The notes under the pieces: generated by a model
Seen by the model: only the letters and a program-made list of their open reading frames with translations
Databases searched by the model: none
Told to the model about the DNA's origin: nothing
Program-made: the position numbers and the translations under genes
Shown here: in pieces, positions 47,286 to 58,395 of the stretch
Position numbering within the stretch: the stretch's first letter is position 1
Layout of the letters: each line of letters begins with the position of its first letter
Source: Escherichia phage vB_EcoM_R5505
DNA length: 64,000 nt
Sequence record: MK373786.1
Reading direction: 5' to 3' (one strand)

Positions 47286-49268
47286 ATGGCAAATACCCCT
47301 GTAAATTATCAATTAACAAGAACAGCAAATGCTATTCCCGAGATATTCGTCGGGGGTACGTTTGCTGAAATAAAACAAAACCTCATTGAATGGCTTAATG
47401 GTCAAAATGAATTTTTGGATTATGATTTTGAAGGCTCAAGATTAAACGTTCTGTGTGACCTTTTAGCTTATAATACATTATACATTCAACAGTTTGGTAA
47501 TGCTGCTGTGTATGAAAGCTTTATGCGTACTGCTAACTTACGAAGTTCAGTTGTTCAAGCTGCACAAGATAACGGATATTTACCTACTTCAAAATCCGCT
47601 GCGCAGACCGAAATTATGTTAACATGCACCGACGCATTGAATAGGAATTACATTACTATTCCTCGCGGAACTCGCTTTTTAGCATATGCAAAAGATACTT
47701 CTGTTAATCCATACAACTTCGTTTCTACCGAAGACGTTATTGCTATTCGTGATAAAAATAACCAATATTTTCCGCGTTTAAAATTGGCCCAGGGACGTAT
47801 AGTAAGAACTGAAATCATTTATGATAAATTAACACCTATTATCATTTATGATAAAAATATTGATAGAAACCAGGTTAAATTATATGTTGATGGAGCGGAA
47901 TGGATTAACTGGACGAGAAAGTCAATGGTTCATGCTGGTTCAACATCAACGATTTATTATATGCGTGAAACTATTGATGGAAACACTGAATTCTATTTTG
48001 GTGAAGGTGAAATTTCTGTTAATGCTTCTGAAGGAGCTTTGACCGCTAATTATATCGGAGGTCTTAAACCTACTCAGAACTCTACGATTGTTATTGAGTA
48101 CATTAGTACTAATGGTGCTGACGCGAACGGAGCAGTCGGATTTTCATACGCAGATACATTAACAAATATAACTGTCATCAATATTAATGAAAATCCAAAC
48201 GATGACCCAGATTTTGTTGGGGCAGATGGCGGCGGTGATCCAGAAGATATTGAGCGTATTCGCGAATTGGGTACTATTAAACGCGAAACCCAACAACGAT
48301 GCGTAACTGCGACTGACTATGATACATTCGTTTCAGAGAGATTTGGTTCTATTATTCAAGCAGTTCAAACTTTCACTGATTCTACTAAACCTGGGTATGC
48401 ATTTATTGCTGCTAAACCTAAATCAGGTCTGTATCTAACTACTGTACAACGTGAAGATATTAAAAATTATCTCAAAGACTATAATTTAGCTCCTATTACG
48501 CCATCAATTATTTCTCCTAATTATCTTTTTATTAAGACTAATTTAAAAGTCACATATGCTTTAAATAAACTGCAAGAATCCGAGCAGTGGCTTGAAGGTC
48601 AAATAATTGATAAAATTGATCGCTATTATACCGAAGATGTAGAAATTTTTAACTCGTCTTTTGCCAAGTCTAAGATGTTGACATATGTAGATGATGCAGA
48701 TCATTCTGTCATTGGTTCATCAGCGACTATTCAAATGGTTCGTGAAGTACAAAACTTCTATAAAACGCCTGAAGCGGGTATTAAATACAATAATCAAATA
48801 AAAGATCGTTCTATGGAATCTAATACGTTTTCATTTAATTCTGGACGAAAGGTTGTAAATCCTGATACTGGTTTAGAAGAAGATGTATTATATGACGTTC
48901 GTATAGTATCAACAGACCGAGATTCTAAAGGAATTGGTAAAGTTATTATTGGTCCATTTGCTTCTGGCGATGTTACAGAAAATGAAAACATTCAGCCGTA
49001 TACAGGCAACGATTTTAACAAATTAGCAAATTCTGATGGACGCGACAAATATTATGTTATCGGTGAAATAAATTATCCAGCTGACATGATTTATTGGAAT
49101 ATCGCTAAAATTAATTTAACATCTGAAAAATTTGAAGTTCAGACTATTGAATTATATTCTGACCCAACCGATGATGTTATCTTTACTCGCGATGGTTCAC
49201 TGATTGTATTTGAAAATGACTTACGTCCACAATACTTAACTATCGATTTGGAGCCTATATCACAATGA
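47286..49268 (+). CDS. 6: Baseplate wedge protein gp6, 660 aa
   Basis: 660-aa ORF in the conserved 53-5-6-7-8 order. Confidence 0.95.
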   Translation: MANTPVNYQLTRTANAIPEIFVGGTFAEIKQNLIEWLNGQNEFLDYDFEGSRLNVLCDLLAYNTLYIQQFGNAAVYESFMRTANLRSSVVQAAQDNGYLPTSKSAAQTEIMLTCTDALNRNYITIPRGTRFLAYAKDTSVNPYNFVSTEDVIAIRDKNNQYFPRLKLAQGRIVRTEIIYDKLTPIIIYDKNIDRNQVKLYVDGAEWINWTRKSMVHAGSTSTIYYMRETIDGNTEFYFGEGEISVNASEGALTANYIGGLKPTQNSTIVIEYISTNGADANGAVGFSYADTLTNITVININENPNDDPDFVGADGGGDPEDIERIRELGTIKRETQQRCVTATDYDTFVSERFGSIIQAVQTFTDSTKPGYAFIAAKPKSGLYLTTVQREDIKNYLKDYNLAPITPSIISPNYLFIKTNLKVTYALNKLQESEQWLEGQIIDKIDRYYTEDVEIFNSSFAKSKMLTYVDDADHSVIGSSATIQMVREVQNFYKTPEAGIKYNNQIKDRSMESNTFSFNSGRKVVNPDTGLEEDVLYDVRIVSTDRDSKGIGKVIIGPFASGDVTENENIQPYTGNDFNKLANSDGRDKYYVIGEINYPADMIYWNIAKINLTSEKFEVQTIELYSDPTDDVIFTRDGSLIVFENDLRPQYLTIDLEPISQ

Positions 49269-52200
49269 CAGTAAAAGCACCTTCAGTCACTAGTCTCAGA
49301 ATTTCCAAGTTATCCGCAAATCAGGTGCAAGTACGCTGGGATGACGTTGGTGCTAATTTCTACTATTTTGTAGAAATCGCTGAGACAAAAACAGACTCGG
49401 GGGAAAAACTCCCGAGTAATCAATATCGTTGGATTAATTTAGGATATACTGCAAATAACAGCTTCTTTTTTGATGATGCTGATCCATTAACAACATACAT
49501 TATTAGAGTAGCCACAGCTGCGCAAGATTTTGAGCAGTCTGATTGGATTTATACCGAAGAGTTTGAAACTTTTGCTACAAATGCTTATACATTTCAAAAC
49601 ATGATTGAAATGCAATTAGCCAATAAATTCATTCAGGAAAAATTTACTCTTAATAATTCTGATTATGTTAATTTTAATAATGACACTATAATGGCTGCAT
49701 TGATGAATGAATCGTTTCAATTCAGCCCATCATATGTTGATGTTTCATCAATAAGTAATTTTATTATTGGTGAAAATGAGTATCATGAAATACAAGGTTC
49801 TATTCAGCAAGTATGTAAGGATATTAACCGCGTTTATTTGATGGAATCAGAAGGGATTCTATATCTTTTTGAGCGTTATCAACCTATAGTTAAAGTATCT
49901 AATGATAAAGGACAAACCTGGAAAGCTGTGAAGCTCTTCAATGACCGTGTAGGATATCCTTTATCTAAGACAGTATATTACCAATCTGCGAACACAACAT
50001 ACGTTCTAGGATACGACAAGATTTTCTACGGCCGTAAATCAACTGATGTTAGATGGTCAGCTGATGATGTCAGATTTAGTTCGCAAGATATAACATTTGC
50101 TAAACTTGGTGACCAATTACATCTAGGATTTGATGTAGAAATTTTTGCCACTTACGCGACTTTACCAGCGAATGTATACCGCATTGCAGAAGCTATTACT
50201 TGTACAGATGATTACATTTACGTTGTTGCCAGAGACAAAGTTAGATACATAAAAACGAGTAATGCACCTATAGATTCTGATCCATTATCTCCAACATATT
50301 CGGAAAGACTTTTTGAACCCGATACAATGACTATAACTGGAAATCCTAAAGCAGTATGCTATAAAATGGATTCTATCGGTGATAAAGTTTTTGCGCTTAT
50401 TATTGGTGAAGTTGAAACATTAAATGCTAATCCTAGAACATCAAAAATAATTGATTCCGCTGATAAAGGAATATATGTTTTAAATCATGACGAAAAGACA
50501 TGGAAAAGAGTTTTCGGTAATACCGAAGAAGAAAGAAGACGTATTCAACCCGGATATGCGAATATGTCAACTGATGGTAAATTAGTTTCTCTGTCTTCGA
50601 GTAATTTTAAATTTTTAAGTGATAATGTTGTTAATGACCCTGAAACTGTGGTGAAATATCAGTTAATCGGTGCTGTTAAATATGAATTTCCTCGTGAATG
50701 GTTAACTGATAAGCATTATCATATGATGGCATTTATAGCGGATGAAACATCTGATTGGGAGACTTTTACTCCTCAACCAATGAAATACTACGCAGAACCA
50801 TTCTTTAACTGGTCTAAAAAATCTAACACACGCTGTTGGATAAACAACTCTGATAGAGCTGTAGTAGTAGTTTATGCTGATTTAAAATACACTAAAGTTA
50901 TAGAAAATATTCCGGAAACATCACCAGATAGATTAGTTCATGAATACTGGGATGATGGTGATTGCACTATAGTAATGCCAAATGTCAAATTCACTGGATT
51001 TAAAAAATACGCATCAGGAATGCTTTTCTACAAAGCCTCCGGTGAAATAATTTCTTACTATGATTTTAACTATCGTGTGAGAGATACAGTAGAAATTATT
51101 TGGAAGCCAACTGAAGTATTTTTAAAAGCATTTTTACAAAACCAAGAGCATGAGACTCCTTGGTCACCAGAAGAAGAGCGTGGATTAGCTGACCCTGATT
51201 TAAGACCATTAATTGGCACAATGATGCCTGATTCTTATTTGTTACAGGATTCGAATTTTGAAGCATTTTGCGAAGCATATATTCAATATCTTTCTGATGG
51301 ATATGGAACTCAGTATAACAATTTACGAAATTTAATTCGTAACCAATATCCACGAGAAGAGCATGCATGGGAATATTTGTGGTCAGAGATATATAAAAGA
51401 AACATTTATTTAAATGCTGACAAACGCGATGCTGTTGCGAGATTCTTTGAATCACGTAGCTATGATTTTTATTCTACTAAAGGAATTGAAGCATCATACA
51501 AGTTTCTTTTTAAAGTTCTTTATAATGAAGAAGTTGAAATTGAAATTGAATCTGGGGCTGGTACTGAATATGACATAATCGTTCAATCTGATTCTTTGAC
51601 TGAAGATTTAGTAGGACAAACGATTTATACGGCAACAGGAAGATGTAATGTTACTTATATAGAAAGAAGCTATTCTAATGGTAAATTGCAATGGACAGTA
51701 ACTATTCATAATCTTTTGGGAAGATTAATTGCTGGTCAAGAAGTTAAAGCAGAAAGACTCCCTAGTTTTGAAGGCGAAATTATTCGTGGGGTTAAAGGAA
51801 AGGATTTGCTTCAAAATAATATAGACTATATTAATAGAAGTAGATCATACTATGTAATGAAAATTAAATCCAATTTACCTTCTTCCCGCTGGAAATCTGA
51901 TGTTATTCGTTTTGTTCATCCAGTAGGATTTGGATTTATAGCAATTACACTTTTAACAATGTTTATTAATGTTGGTTTAACTCTTAAACATACAGAGACT
52001 ATAATTAATAAATACAAAAACTATAAATGGGATTCTGGATTGCCTACTGAATATGCTGATAGAGTAGCTAAATTAACTCCAGCTGGTGAAATTGAGCATG
52101 ATTCAGTAACAGGCGAAGCAATTTATGAGCCTGGCCCAATGGCTGGTGTAGAATATCCTCTTCCTGATGACTATAATGCTGAAAATAATAATTCAATATT

Positions 52201-52366
52201 TCAAGGTCAATTGCCGTCTGAACGACGTAAATTAATGAGTCCTTTATTTGATGCATCTGGAACAACATTTGCGCAATTTAGAGATTTAGTTAATAAACGT
52301 CTAAAAGACAATATAGGAAATCCAAGAGACCCTGAAAATCCAACACAGGTTAAAATAGATGAATGA
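49265..52366 (+). CDS. 7: Baseplate wedge protein gp7, 1033 aa
   Basis: 1033-aa ORF overlapping the gene 6 stop. Confidence 0.95.
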   Translation: MTVKAPSVTSLRISKLSANQVQVRWDDVGANFYYFVEIAETKTDSGEKLPSNQYRWINLGYTANNSFFFDDADPLTTYIIRVATAAQDFEQSDWIYTEEFETFATNAYTFQNMIEMQLANKFIQEKFTLNNSDYVNFNNDTIMAALMNESFQFSPSYVDVSSISNFIIGENEYHEIQGSIQQVCKDINRVYLMESEGILYLFERYQPIVKVSNDKGQTWKAVKLFNDRVGYPLSKTVYYQSANTTYVLGYDKIFYGRKSTDVRWSADDVRFSSQDITFAKLGDQLHLGFDVEIFATYATLPANVYRIAEAITCTDDYIYVVARDKVRYIKTSNAPIDSDPLSPTYSERLFEPDTMTITGNPKAVCYKMDSIGDKVFALIIGEVETLNANPRTSKIIDSADKGIYVLNHDEKTWKRVFGNTEEERRRIQPGYANMSTDGKLVSLSSSNFKFLSDNVVNDPETVVKYQLIGAVKYEFPREWLTDKHYHMMAFIADETSDWETFTPQPMKYYAEPFFNWSKKSNTRCWINNSDRAVVVVYADLKYTKVIENIPETSPDRLVHEYWDDGDCTIVMPNVKFTGFKKYASGMLFYKASGEIISYYDFNYRVRDTVEIIWKPTEVFLKAFLQNQEHETPWSPEEERGLADPDLRPLIGTMMPDSYLLQDSNFEAFCEAYIQYLSDGYGTQYNNLRNLIRNQYPREEHAWEYLWSEIYKRNIYLNADKRDAVARFFESRSYDFYSTKGIEASYKFLFKVLYNEEVEIEIESGAGTEYDIIVQSDSLTEDLVGQTIYTATGRCNVTYIERSYSNGKLQWTVTIHNLLGRLIAGQEVKAERLPSFEGEIIRGVKGKDLLQNNIDYINRSRSYYVMKIKSNLPSSRWKSDVIRFVHPVGFGFIAITLLTMFINVGLTLKHTETIINKYKNYKWDSGLPTEYADRVAKLTPAGEIEHDSVTGEAIYEPGPMAGVEYPLPDDYNAENNNSIFQGQLPSERRKLMSPLFDASGTTFAQFRDLVNKRLKDNIGNPRDPENPTQVKIDE

Positions 52367-53363
52367 TTCAAGTGTTATCTATCGTGCGATAGTTACTTCA
52401 AAATTTAGAACAGAAAAAATGTTGAATTTTTATAATTCAATTGGAAGTGGTCCGGATAAAAACACTATCTTTATCACATTTGGAAGATCAGAACCGTGGT
52501 CATCAAATGAAAATGAGGTGGGCTTTGCCCCACCTTATCCAACCGATTCTGTATTAGGCGTAACTGACATGTGGACGCATATGATGGGAACAGTAAAGGT
52601 TCTTCCATCAATGCTTGATGCTGTTATTCCTCGCAGAGATTGGGGAGATACTAGATATCCGGATCCATACACATTTAGAATTAACGATATTGTAGTGTGT
52701 AACTCAGCTCCTTACAATGCTACTGAATCAGGCGCAGGCTGGTTAGTATATCGTTGTTTAGATGTTCCTGATACCGGAATGTGTTCAATCTCATCTTTAA
52801 CTGATAAAGATGAATGCCTCAAATTAGGTGGAAAATGGACTCCTTCTGCTAGGTCAATGACTCCTCCTGAAGGTCGAGGAGATGCTGAAGGAACAATTGA
52901 ACCTGGAGACGGGTATGTATGGGAATATCTATTTGAGATTCCGCCTGATGTATCTATAAATAGATGCACGAATGAATATATCGTGGTTCCTTGGCCTGAG
53001 GAATTAAAAGAAGACCCGACTAGATGGGGATATGAAGATAATCTCACTTGGCAACAAGATGATTTTGGATTAATTTACCGTGTTAAGGCAAATACTATCC
53101 GTTTTAAAGCATATTTAGATTCAGTTTATTTTCCTGAAGCTGCATTGCCAGGAAATAAAGGATTTAGACAAATATCAATAATCACGAATCCTCTTGAAGC
53201 TAAAGCTCATCCAAATGACCCAAACGTTAAAGCTGAAAAGGATTATTATGATCCGGAAGATTTAATGAGGCATTCGGGCGAAATGATTTATATGGAAAAT
53301 AGGCCACCTATTATTATGGCAATGGATCAAACAGAAGAAATCAATATTCTGTTTACATTTTAA
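52359..53363 (+). CDS. 8: Baseplate wedge protein gp8, 334 aa
   Basis: 334-aa ORF followed by a hairpin terminator. Confidence 0.95.
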   Translation: MNDSSVIYRAIVTSKFRTEKMLNFYNSIGSGPDKNTIFITFGRSEPWSSNENEVGFAPPYPTDSVLGVTDMWTHMMGTVKVLPSMLDAVIPRRDWGDTRYPDPYTFRINDIVVCNSAPYNATESGAGWLVYRCLDVPDTGMCSISSLTDKDECLKLGGKWTPSARSMTPPEGRGDAEGTIEPGDGYVWEYLFEIPPDVSINRCTNEYIVVPWPEELKEDPTRWGYEDNLTWQQDDFGLIYRVKANTIRFKAYLDSVYFPEAALPGNKGFRQISIITNPLEAKAHPNDPNVKAEKDYYDPEDLMRHSGEMIYMENRPPIIMAMDQTEEINILFTF

Positions 53364-53368
53364 ATTAA

Positions 53369-53392
53369 GGGAGCCCATGGGCTCCCTTTTTC
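53369..53392 (+). terminator. Intrinsic terminator after gene 8
   Basis: Stem-loop GGGAGCCC-AT-GGGCTCCC followed by TTTTTC. Confidence 0.7.
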
Positions 53393-53394
53393 TT

Positions 53395-53402
53395 TATAAA
53401 TA
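53395..53402 (+). promoter_or_regulatory. Late promoter core TATAAATA for gene 9
   Basis: Exact TATAAATA about 25 nt upstream of gene 9 start, just after the gene 8 terminator. Confidence 0.6.
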
Positions 53403-53426
53403 CTATAAACTCATAAGGAAACCGCT

Positions 53427-54293
53427 ATGTTCATTCAAGAACCAAAGAAATTGATTGATACCGGCGAAATTGGTAACGCTTCTACTGGTGATATCTTATT
53501 CGACGGTGGTAATAAAATTAATAGTGATTTTAACGCAATTTATAATGCGTTTGGCGATCAGCGTAAAATGGCAGTAGCAAATGGCACTGGAGCAGATGGT
53601 CAAATTATCCATGCTACTGGATATTATCAAAAACACTCTATTACAGAGTACGCAACTCCAGTGAAAGTTGGCACTAGACATGATATTGATACCTCTACTG
53701 TAGGTGTTAAAGTTATCATTGAAAGAGGCGAACTCGGCGACTGTGTTGAATTTATTAACTCAAATGGATCAATATCAGTTACTAATCCTTTAACAATTCA
53801 AGCTATTGATTCAATTAAAGGTGTTTCGGGTAATTTAGTAGTAACTAGCCCATATAGTAAAGTTACTTTACGCTGTATTTCATCTGATAATTCTACTTCG
53901 GTTTGGAATTATTCTATTGAAAGTATGTTTGGACAAAAGGAATCACCAGCTGAAGGTACATGGAATATTTCTACATCTGGATCAGTTGACATTCCATTAT
54001 TTCATCGCACTGAATACAATATGGCTAAATTGCTAGTTACGTGCCAATCGGTAGATGGAAGAAAAATTAAAACAGCAGAAATAAATATTCTTGTGGATAC
54101 TGTTAATTCAGAGGTAATTTCTTCTGAATATGCTGTCATGCGAGTTGGGAATGAAACCGAAGAAGACGAAATCGCTAATATTGCATTTAGTATTAAAGAA
54201 AACTATGTAACGGCGACTATAAGTTCTTCAACTGTCGGTATGAGAGCAGCAGTTAAAGTTATCGCTACGCAGAAAATCGGGGTGGCTCAATAA
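53427..54293 (+). CDS. 9: Baseplate wedge / long-tail-fibre socket protein gp9, 288 aa
   Basis: 288-aa ORF preceded by TATAAATA at 53395-53402. Confidence 0.95.
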   Translation: MFIQEPKKLIDTGEIGNASTGDILFDGGNKINSDFNAIYNAFGDQRKMAVANGTGADGQIIHATGYYQKHSITEYATPVKVGTRHDIDTSTVGVKVIIERGELGDCVEFINSNGSISVTNPLTIQAIDSIKGVSGNLVVTSPYSKVTLRCISSDNSTSVWNYSIESMFGQKESPAEGTWNISTSGSVDIPLFHRTEYNMAKLLVTCQSVDGRKIKTAEINILVDTVNSEVISSEYAVMRVGNETEEDEIANIAFSIKENYVTATISSSTVGMRAAVKVIATQKIGVAQ

Positions 54294-56156
54294 TGAAACA
54301 AAATATTAATATCGGTAATGTTGTAGATGATGGTACCGGTGACTACCTGCGTAAAGGTGGTATAAAAATAAATGAAAACTTTGATGAGCTTTATTATGAA
54401 CTCGGTGATGGTGATGTTCCATATTCAGCCGGTGCCTGGAAAACTTATAATGCTTCATCAGGACAAACATTAACAGCAGAATGGGGAAAATCATACGCTA
54501 TTAATACATCTTCTGGAAGAGTGACTATAAATCTTCCAAAGGGTACAGTTAATGATTACAACAAGGTAATTAGAGCTAGAGACGTATTTGCTACGTGGAA
54601 CGTCAACCCAGTTACACTAGTAGCTGCTTCCGGCGATACGATTAAAGGGTCTGCAGTACCAGTTGAAATTAATGTTCAATTCAGCGATTTAGAACTAGTG
54701 TATTGTGCCCCAGGACGTTGGGAATATGTCAAAAATAAACGATTTAGAACTAGTGTATTGTGCCCCAGGACGTTGGGAATATGTCAAAAATAAACAAATT
54801 GACAAAATTACCAGTTCAGACATTAGTAATGTAGCTCGTAAAGAATTTTTAGTCGAAGTCCAAGGGCAAACAGACTTTTTAGATGTTTTCCGTGGAACTA
54901 GTTATAATGTAAATAACATCAGAGTAAAACATCGTGGTAACGAATTGTATTACGGCGATGTGTTTAGCGAAAACAGCGATTTTGGCTCTCCGGGCGAAAA
55001 TGAAGGAGAACTAGTTCCTCTTGATGGATTTAATATTCGATTAAGACAGCCTTGTAATATTGGTGATACTGTTCAAATTGAAACATTTATGGATGGTGTA
55101 TCGCAGTGGAGAAGTTCATATACAAGACGTCAAATTAGATTGTTAGATTCAAAATTAACGTCAAAAACTTCTCTAGAAGGAAGTATTTACGTTGCTGATT
55201 TATCAACAATGAAATCAATTCCATTTTCTGCTTTTGGATTAATTCCAGGAGAACCTATTAATCCTAATTCTCTTGAGGTTCGTTTTAACGGGATTTTGCA
55301 GGAATTGGCTGGAACAGTTGGAATGCCATTATTTCATTGTGTTGGTGCCGATTCAGACGATGAAGTAGAATGCTCTGTTTTAGGTGGAACTTGGGAACAA
55401 TCTCATACCGATTATTCAGTTGAAACTGATGAAAACGGCATACCGGAAATTTTACATTTCGATAGAGTATTTGAGCATGGTGACATTATCAATATCACCT
55501 GGTTTAATAATGATTTGGGTACATTATTAACAAAAGATGAGATTATTGATGAAACTGACAATCTCTATGTATCGCAAGGACCAGGAGTAGATATTTCCGG
55601 TGATGTAAATTTAACAGACTTCGATAAAATTGGTTGGCCAAATGTAGAAGCAGTTCAATCTTATCAACGCGAATTTAATGCTGTTTCAAATATCTTTGAT
55701 ACGATTTATCCTATTGGAACTATATATGAAAACGCCGTTAATCCAAACAACCCTGTTACATATATGGGATTCGGCTCATGGAAATTATTTGGGCAAGGAA
55801 AAGTTTTAGTTGGATGGAATGAAGATATTTCGGACCCTAACTTTGCTCTAAATAACAACGATTTAGATTCGGGTGGAAATCCTTCACATACTGCAGGTGG
55901 AACAGGTGGTTCTACTTCTGTTACATTGGAAAATGCTAATCTTCCTGCAACTGAAACAGATGAAGAAGTTCTAATAGTTGATGAAAATGGATCAGTCATT
56001 GTTGGTGGGTGTCAATACGATCCAGATGAATCCGGTCCAATCTACACTAAATACCGTGAAGCTAAAGCATCTACTAACTCTACTCACACTCCGCCAACAT
56101 CAATAACTAACATTCAACCATATATTACAGTTTATCGTTGGATAAGGATTGCATAA
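54293..56156 (+). pseudogene. 10: Baseplate wedge gene 10, reading frame interrupted by a 55-bp tandem duplication (fragments 54293..54793 and 54705..56156)
   Basis: Upstream ORF ends ...FSDLELVYCAPGRWEYVKNK then reads the second repeat copy out of frame (RFRTSVLCPRTLGICQK, stop at 54791-54793); downstream ORF resumes DLELVYCAPGRWEYVKNKQIDKITSSD... in frame through 56156; removing one 55-bp copy gives a single 602-codon ORF. Confidence 0.85.
54686..54795. repeat. Perfect direct tandem duplication, 2 x 55 bp
   Basis: GATTTAGAACTAGTGTATTGTGCCCCAGGACGTTGGGAATATGTCAAAAATAAAC at 54686-54740 repeated identically at 54741-54795. Confidence 0.95.
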
Positions 56157-56815
56157 TGAGTTTACTTAATAATAAAGCGGGAGTTATTTCCCGCTTAGCC
56201 GATTTTCTTGGTTTTAGACCTAAAGCTGGTAATATAGATGTAATGAATCGCCAATCAGTTGGGTCAGTGACAATTTCTCAATTAGCGAAAGGATTTTATG
56301 AACCAAACGTAGAATCAGCTATTAATGACGTTCACAATTTTTCTATAAAAGACGTTGGTACAATTATTACTAATAAAACTGGTGTTTCTCCTGAGGGTGT
56401 TTCTCAAACTGATTATTGGGCATTTTCTGGAACTGTAACAGACGATTCTCTTCCTCCGGGTTCTCCCGTTACGGTATTAGTATTTGGTCTTCCAGTTTCA
56501 GCAACAACTGGAATGACGGCAATTGAGTTTGTTGCAAAAGTTCGTGTTGCCCTCCAAGAAGCTATTGCGTCATTTACTGCTATCAACTCATATAAAGACC
56601 ATCCAACAGATGGTAGTAAATTAGAAGTTACTTATTTAGATAATCAAAAACATGTATTAAGCACATATTCTACATATGGAATAACTATTTCACAGGAAAT
56701 TATTTCTGAGTCTAAACCTGGCTATGGTACATGGAATTTATTAGGCGCGCAAACTGTAACTTTAGATAATCAGCAGACTCCTACAGTATTTTATCATTTT
56801 GAGAGAACAGCATGA
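56156..56815 (+). CDS. 11: Baseplate wedge / short-tail-fibre attachment protein gp11, 219 aa
   Basis: Start placed at [20 protein letters not shown] within track ORF 56138..56815. Confidence 0.9.
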   Translation: MSLLNNKAGVISRLADFLGFRPKAGNIDVMNRQSVGSVTISQLAKGFYEPNVESAINDVHNFSIKDVGTIITNKTGVSPEGVSQTDYWAFSGTVTDDSLPPGSPVTVLVFGLPVSATTGMTAIEFVAKVRVALQEAIASFTAINSYKDHPTDGSKLEVTYLDNQKHVLSTYSTYGITISQEIISESKPGYGTWNLLGAQTVTLDNQQTPTVFYHFERTA

Positions 56816-58395
56816 GTAATAATACATATCAACACGTTTCTAATGAATCTCGTTATGTAAAATTTGATCCTACCGATACGAATTTTCCACCAGAGATTAC
56901 TGATGTTCAGGCTGCTATAGCAGCCATTTCTCCTGCTGGCGTAAATGGAGTTCCTGATGCATCGTCAACAACAAAGGGAATTTTATTTCTTGCCACTGAA
57001 CAGGAAGTTATAGATGGAACTAATAATACCAAAGCAGTTACACCAGCAACGTTGGCAACAAGATTATCATATCCAAACGCAACTGAAACTGTTTACGGAT
57101 TAACAAGATATTCAACCAATGATGAAGCCATTGCCGGAGTTAATAATGAATCTTCTATAACTCCAGCTAAATTTACTGTTGCTCTTAATAATGCGTTTGA
57201 AACACGAGTTTCAACTGAATCCTCGAATGGTGTTATTAAAATTTCATCTCTACCGCAAGCATTAGCTGGTGCAGATGATACTACTGCAATGACTCCATTA
57301 AAAACACAGCAGTTAGCTATTAAATTAATTGCGCAAATTGCTCCTTCTGAAACCACAGCTACTGAATCGGACCAAGGTGTTGTTCAATTAGCAACAGTAG
57401 CGCAGGTTCGTCAGGGAACTTTAAGAGAAGGCTATGCAATTTCTCCTTATACGTTTATGAATTCATCTGCTACTGAAGAATATAAAGGCGTAATTAAATT
57501 AGGAACACAATCAGAAGTTAACTCGAATAATGCTTCTGTTGCGGTTACTGGCGCAACTCTTAATGGTCGTGGTTCTACAACGTCAATGAGAGGCGTAGTT
57601 AAATTAACTACAACTGCCGGCTCACAGAGTGGAGGTGATGCTTCATCAGCACTAGCTTGGAATGCTGATGTTATCCACCAAAGAGGTGGTCAAACGATTA
57701 ATGGAACACTTCGCATTAATAATACGCTCACGATAGCTTCAGGTGGAGCAAATATTACCGGAACAGTTAACATGACCGGTGGTTATATTCAAGGTAAGCG
57801 TGTCGTAACACAAAATGAAATTGATAGAACCATTCCTGTCGGAGCTATTATGATGTGGGCCGCTGATAGTCTTCCTAGTGATGCTTGGCGTTTTTGCCAT
57901 GGCGGAACTGTTTCAGCATCAGATTGTCCATTATATGCTTCTAGAATTGGAACAAGATACGGCGGAAGTTCATCAAATCCTGGATTACCTGATATGCGCG
58001 GTCTTTTTGTTCGCGGCTCTGGTCGTGGCTCTCACTTAACAAATCCAAATGTTAATGGTAATGACCAGTTTGGTAAGCCTAGATTAGGTGTAGGTTGTAC
58101 TGGTGGATATGTTGGTGAAGTACAAAAACAACAGATGTCTTATCATAAACATGCGGGCGGATTTGGTGAGCATGATGATTCTGGGGCATTCGGTAATACC
58201 CGTAGATCAAATTTTGTTGGTACACGCAAAGGACTTGACTGGGATAACCGTTCATACTTCACCAATGACGGATATGAAATTGACCCGGCATCACAACGAA
58301 ATTCCAAATATACATTAAATCGTCCTGAATTAATTGGAAATGAAACACGTCCATGGAACATTTCTTTAAACTACATAATTAAGGTAAAAGAATGA
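56812..58395 (+). CDS. 12: Short tail fibre protein gp12, 527 aa
   Basis: 527-aa ORF; ATGA overlap with gene 11. Confidence 0.95.
   Translation: MSNNTYQHVSNESRYVKFDPTDTNFPPEITDVQAAIAAISPAGVNGVPDASSTTKGILFLATEQEVIDGTNNTKAVTPATLATRLSYPNATETVYGLTRYSTNDEAIAGVNNESSITPAKFTVALNNAFETRVSTESSNGVIKISSLPQALAGADDTTAMTPLKTQQLAIKLIAQIAPSETTATESDQGVVQLATVAQVRQGTLREGYAISPYTFMNSSATEEYKGVIKLGTQSEVNSNNASVAVTGATLNGRGSTTSMRGVVKLTTTAGSQSGGDASSALAWNADVIHQRGGQTINGTLRINNTLTIASGGANITGTVNMTGGYIQGKRVVTQNEIDRTIPVGAIMMWAADSLPSDAWRFCHGGTVSASDCPLYASRIGTRYGGSSSNPGLPDMRGLFVRGSGRGSHLTNPNVNGNDQFGKPRLGVGCTGGYVGEVQKQQMSYHKHAGGFGEHDDSGAFGNTRRSNFVGTRKGLDWDNRSYFTNDGYEIDPASQRNSKYTLNRPELIGNETRPWNISLNYIIKVKE

Noticed and set aside
51096-53047. 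Minus-strand ORFs 51096..51455 and 52712..53047 (also 54306..54494, 55706..55999, 57093..57356, 58143..58870, 59528..59719)
   Set aside because: All lie antisense inside long, clearly identified late structural genes (7, 8, 10, 12, wac); treated as chance open frames.
54686-54795. Direct repeat considered as a CRISPR-like or recombination-site array
   Set aside because: Only two copies, exactly adjacent, with no spacers, lying inside a coding sequence; it is a simple tandem duplication.
54686-54795. Gene-60-style programmed translational bypass of the duplicated segment
   Set aside because: No stop codon immediately follows any obvious take-off codon and I see no characteristic take-off hairpin; kept only as a low-probability alternative within the main finding.
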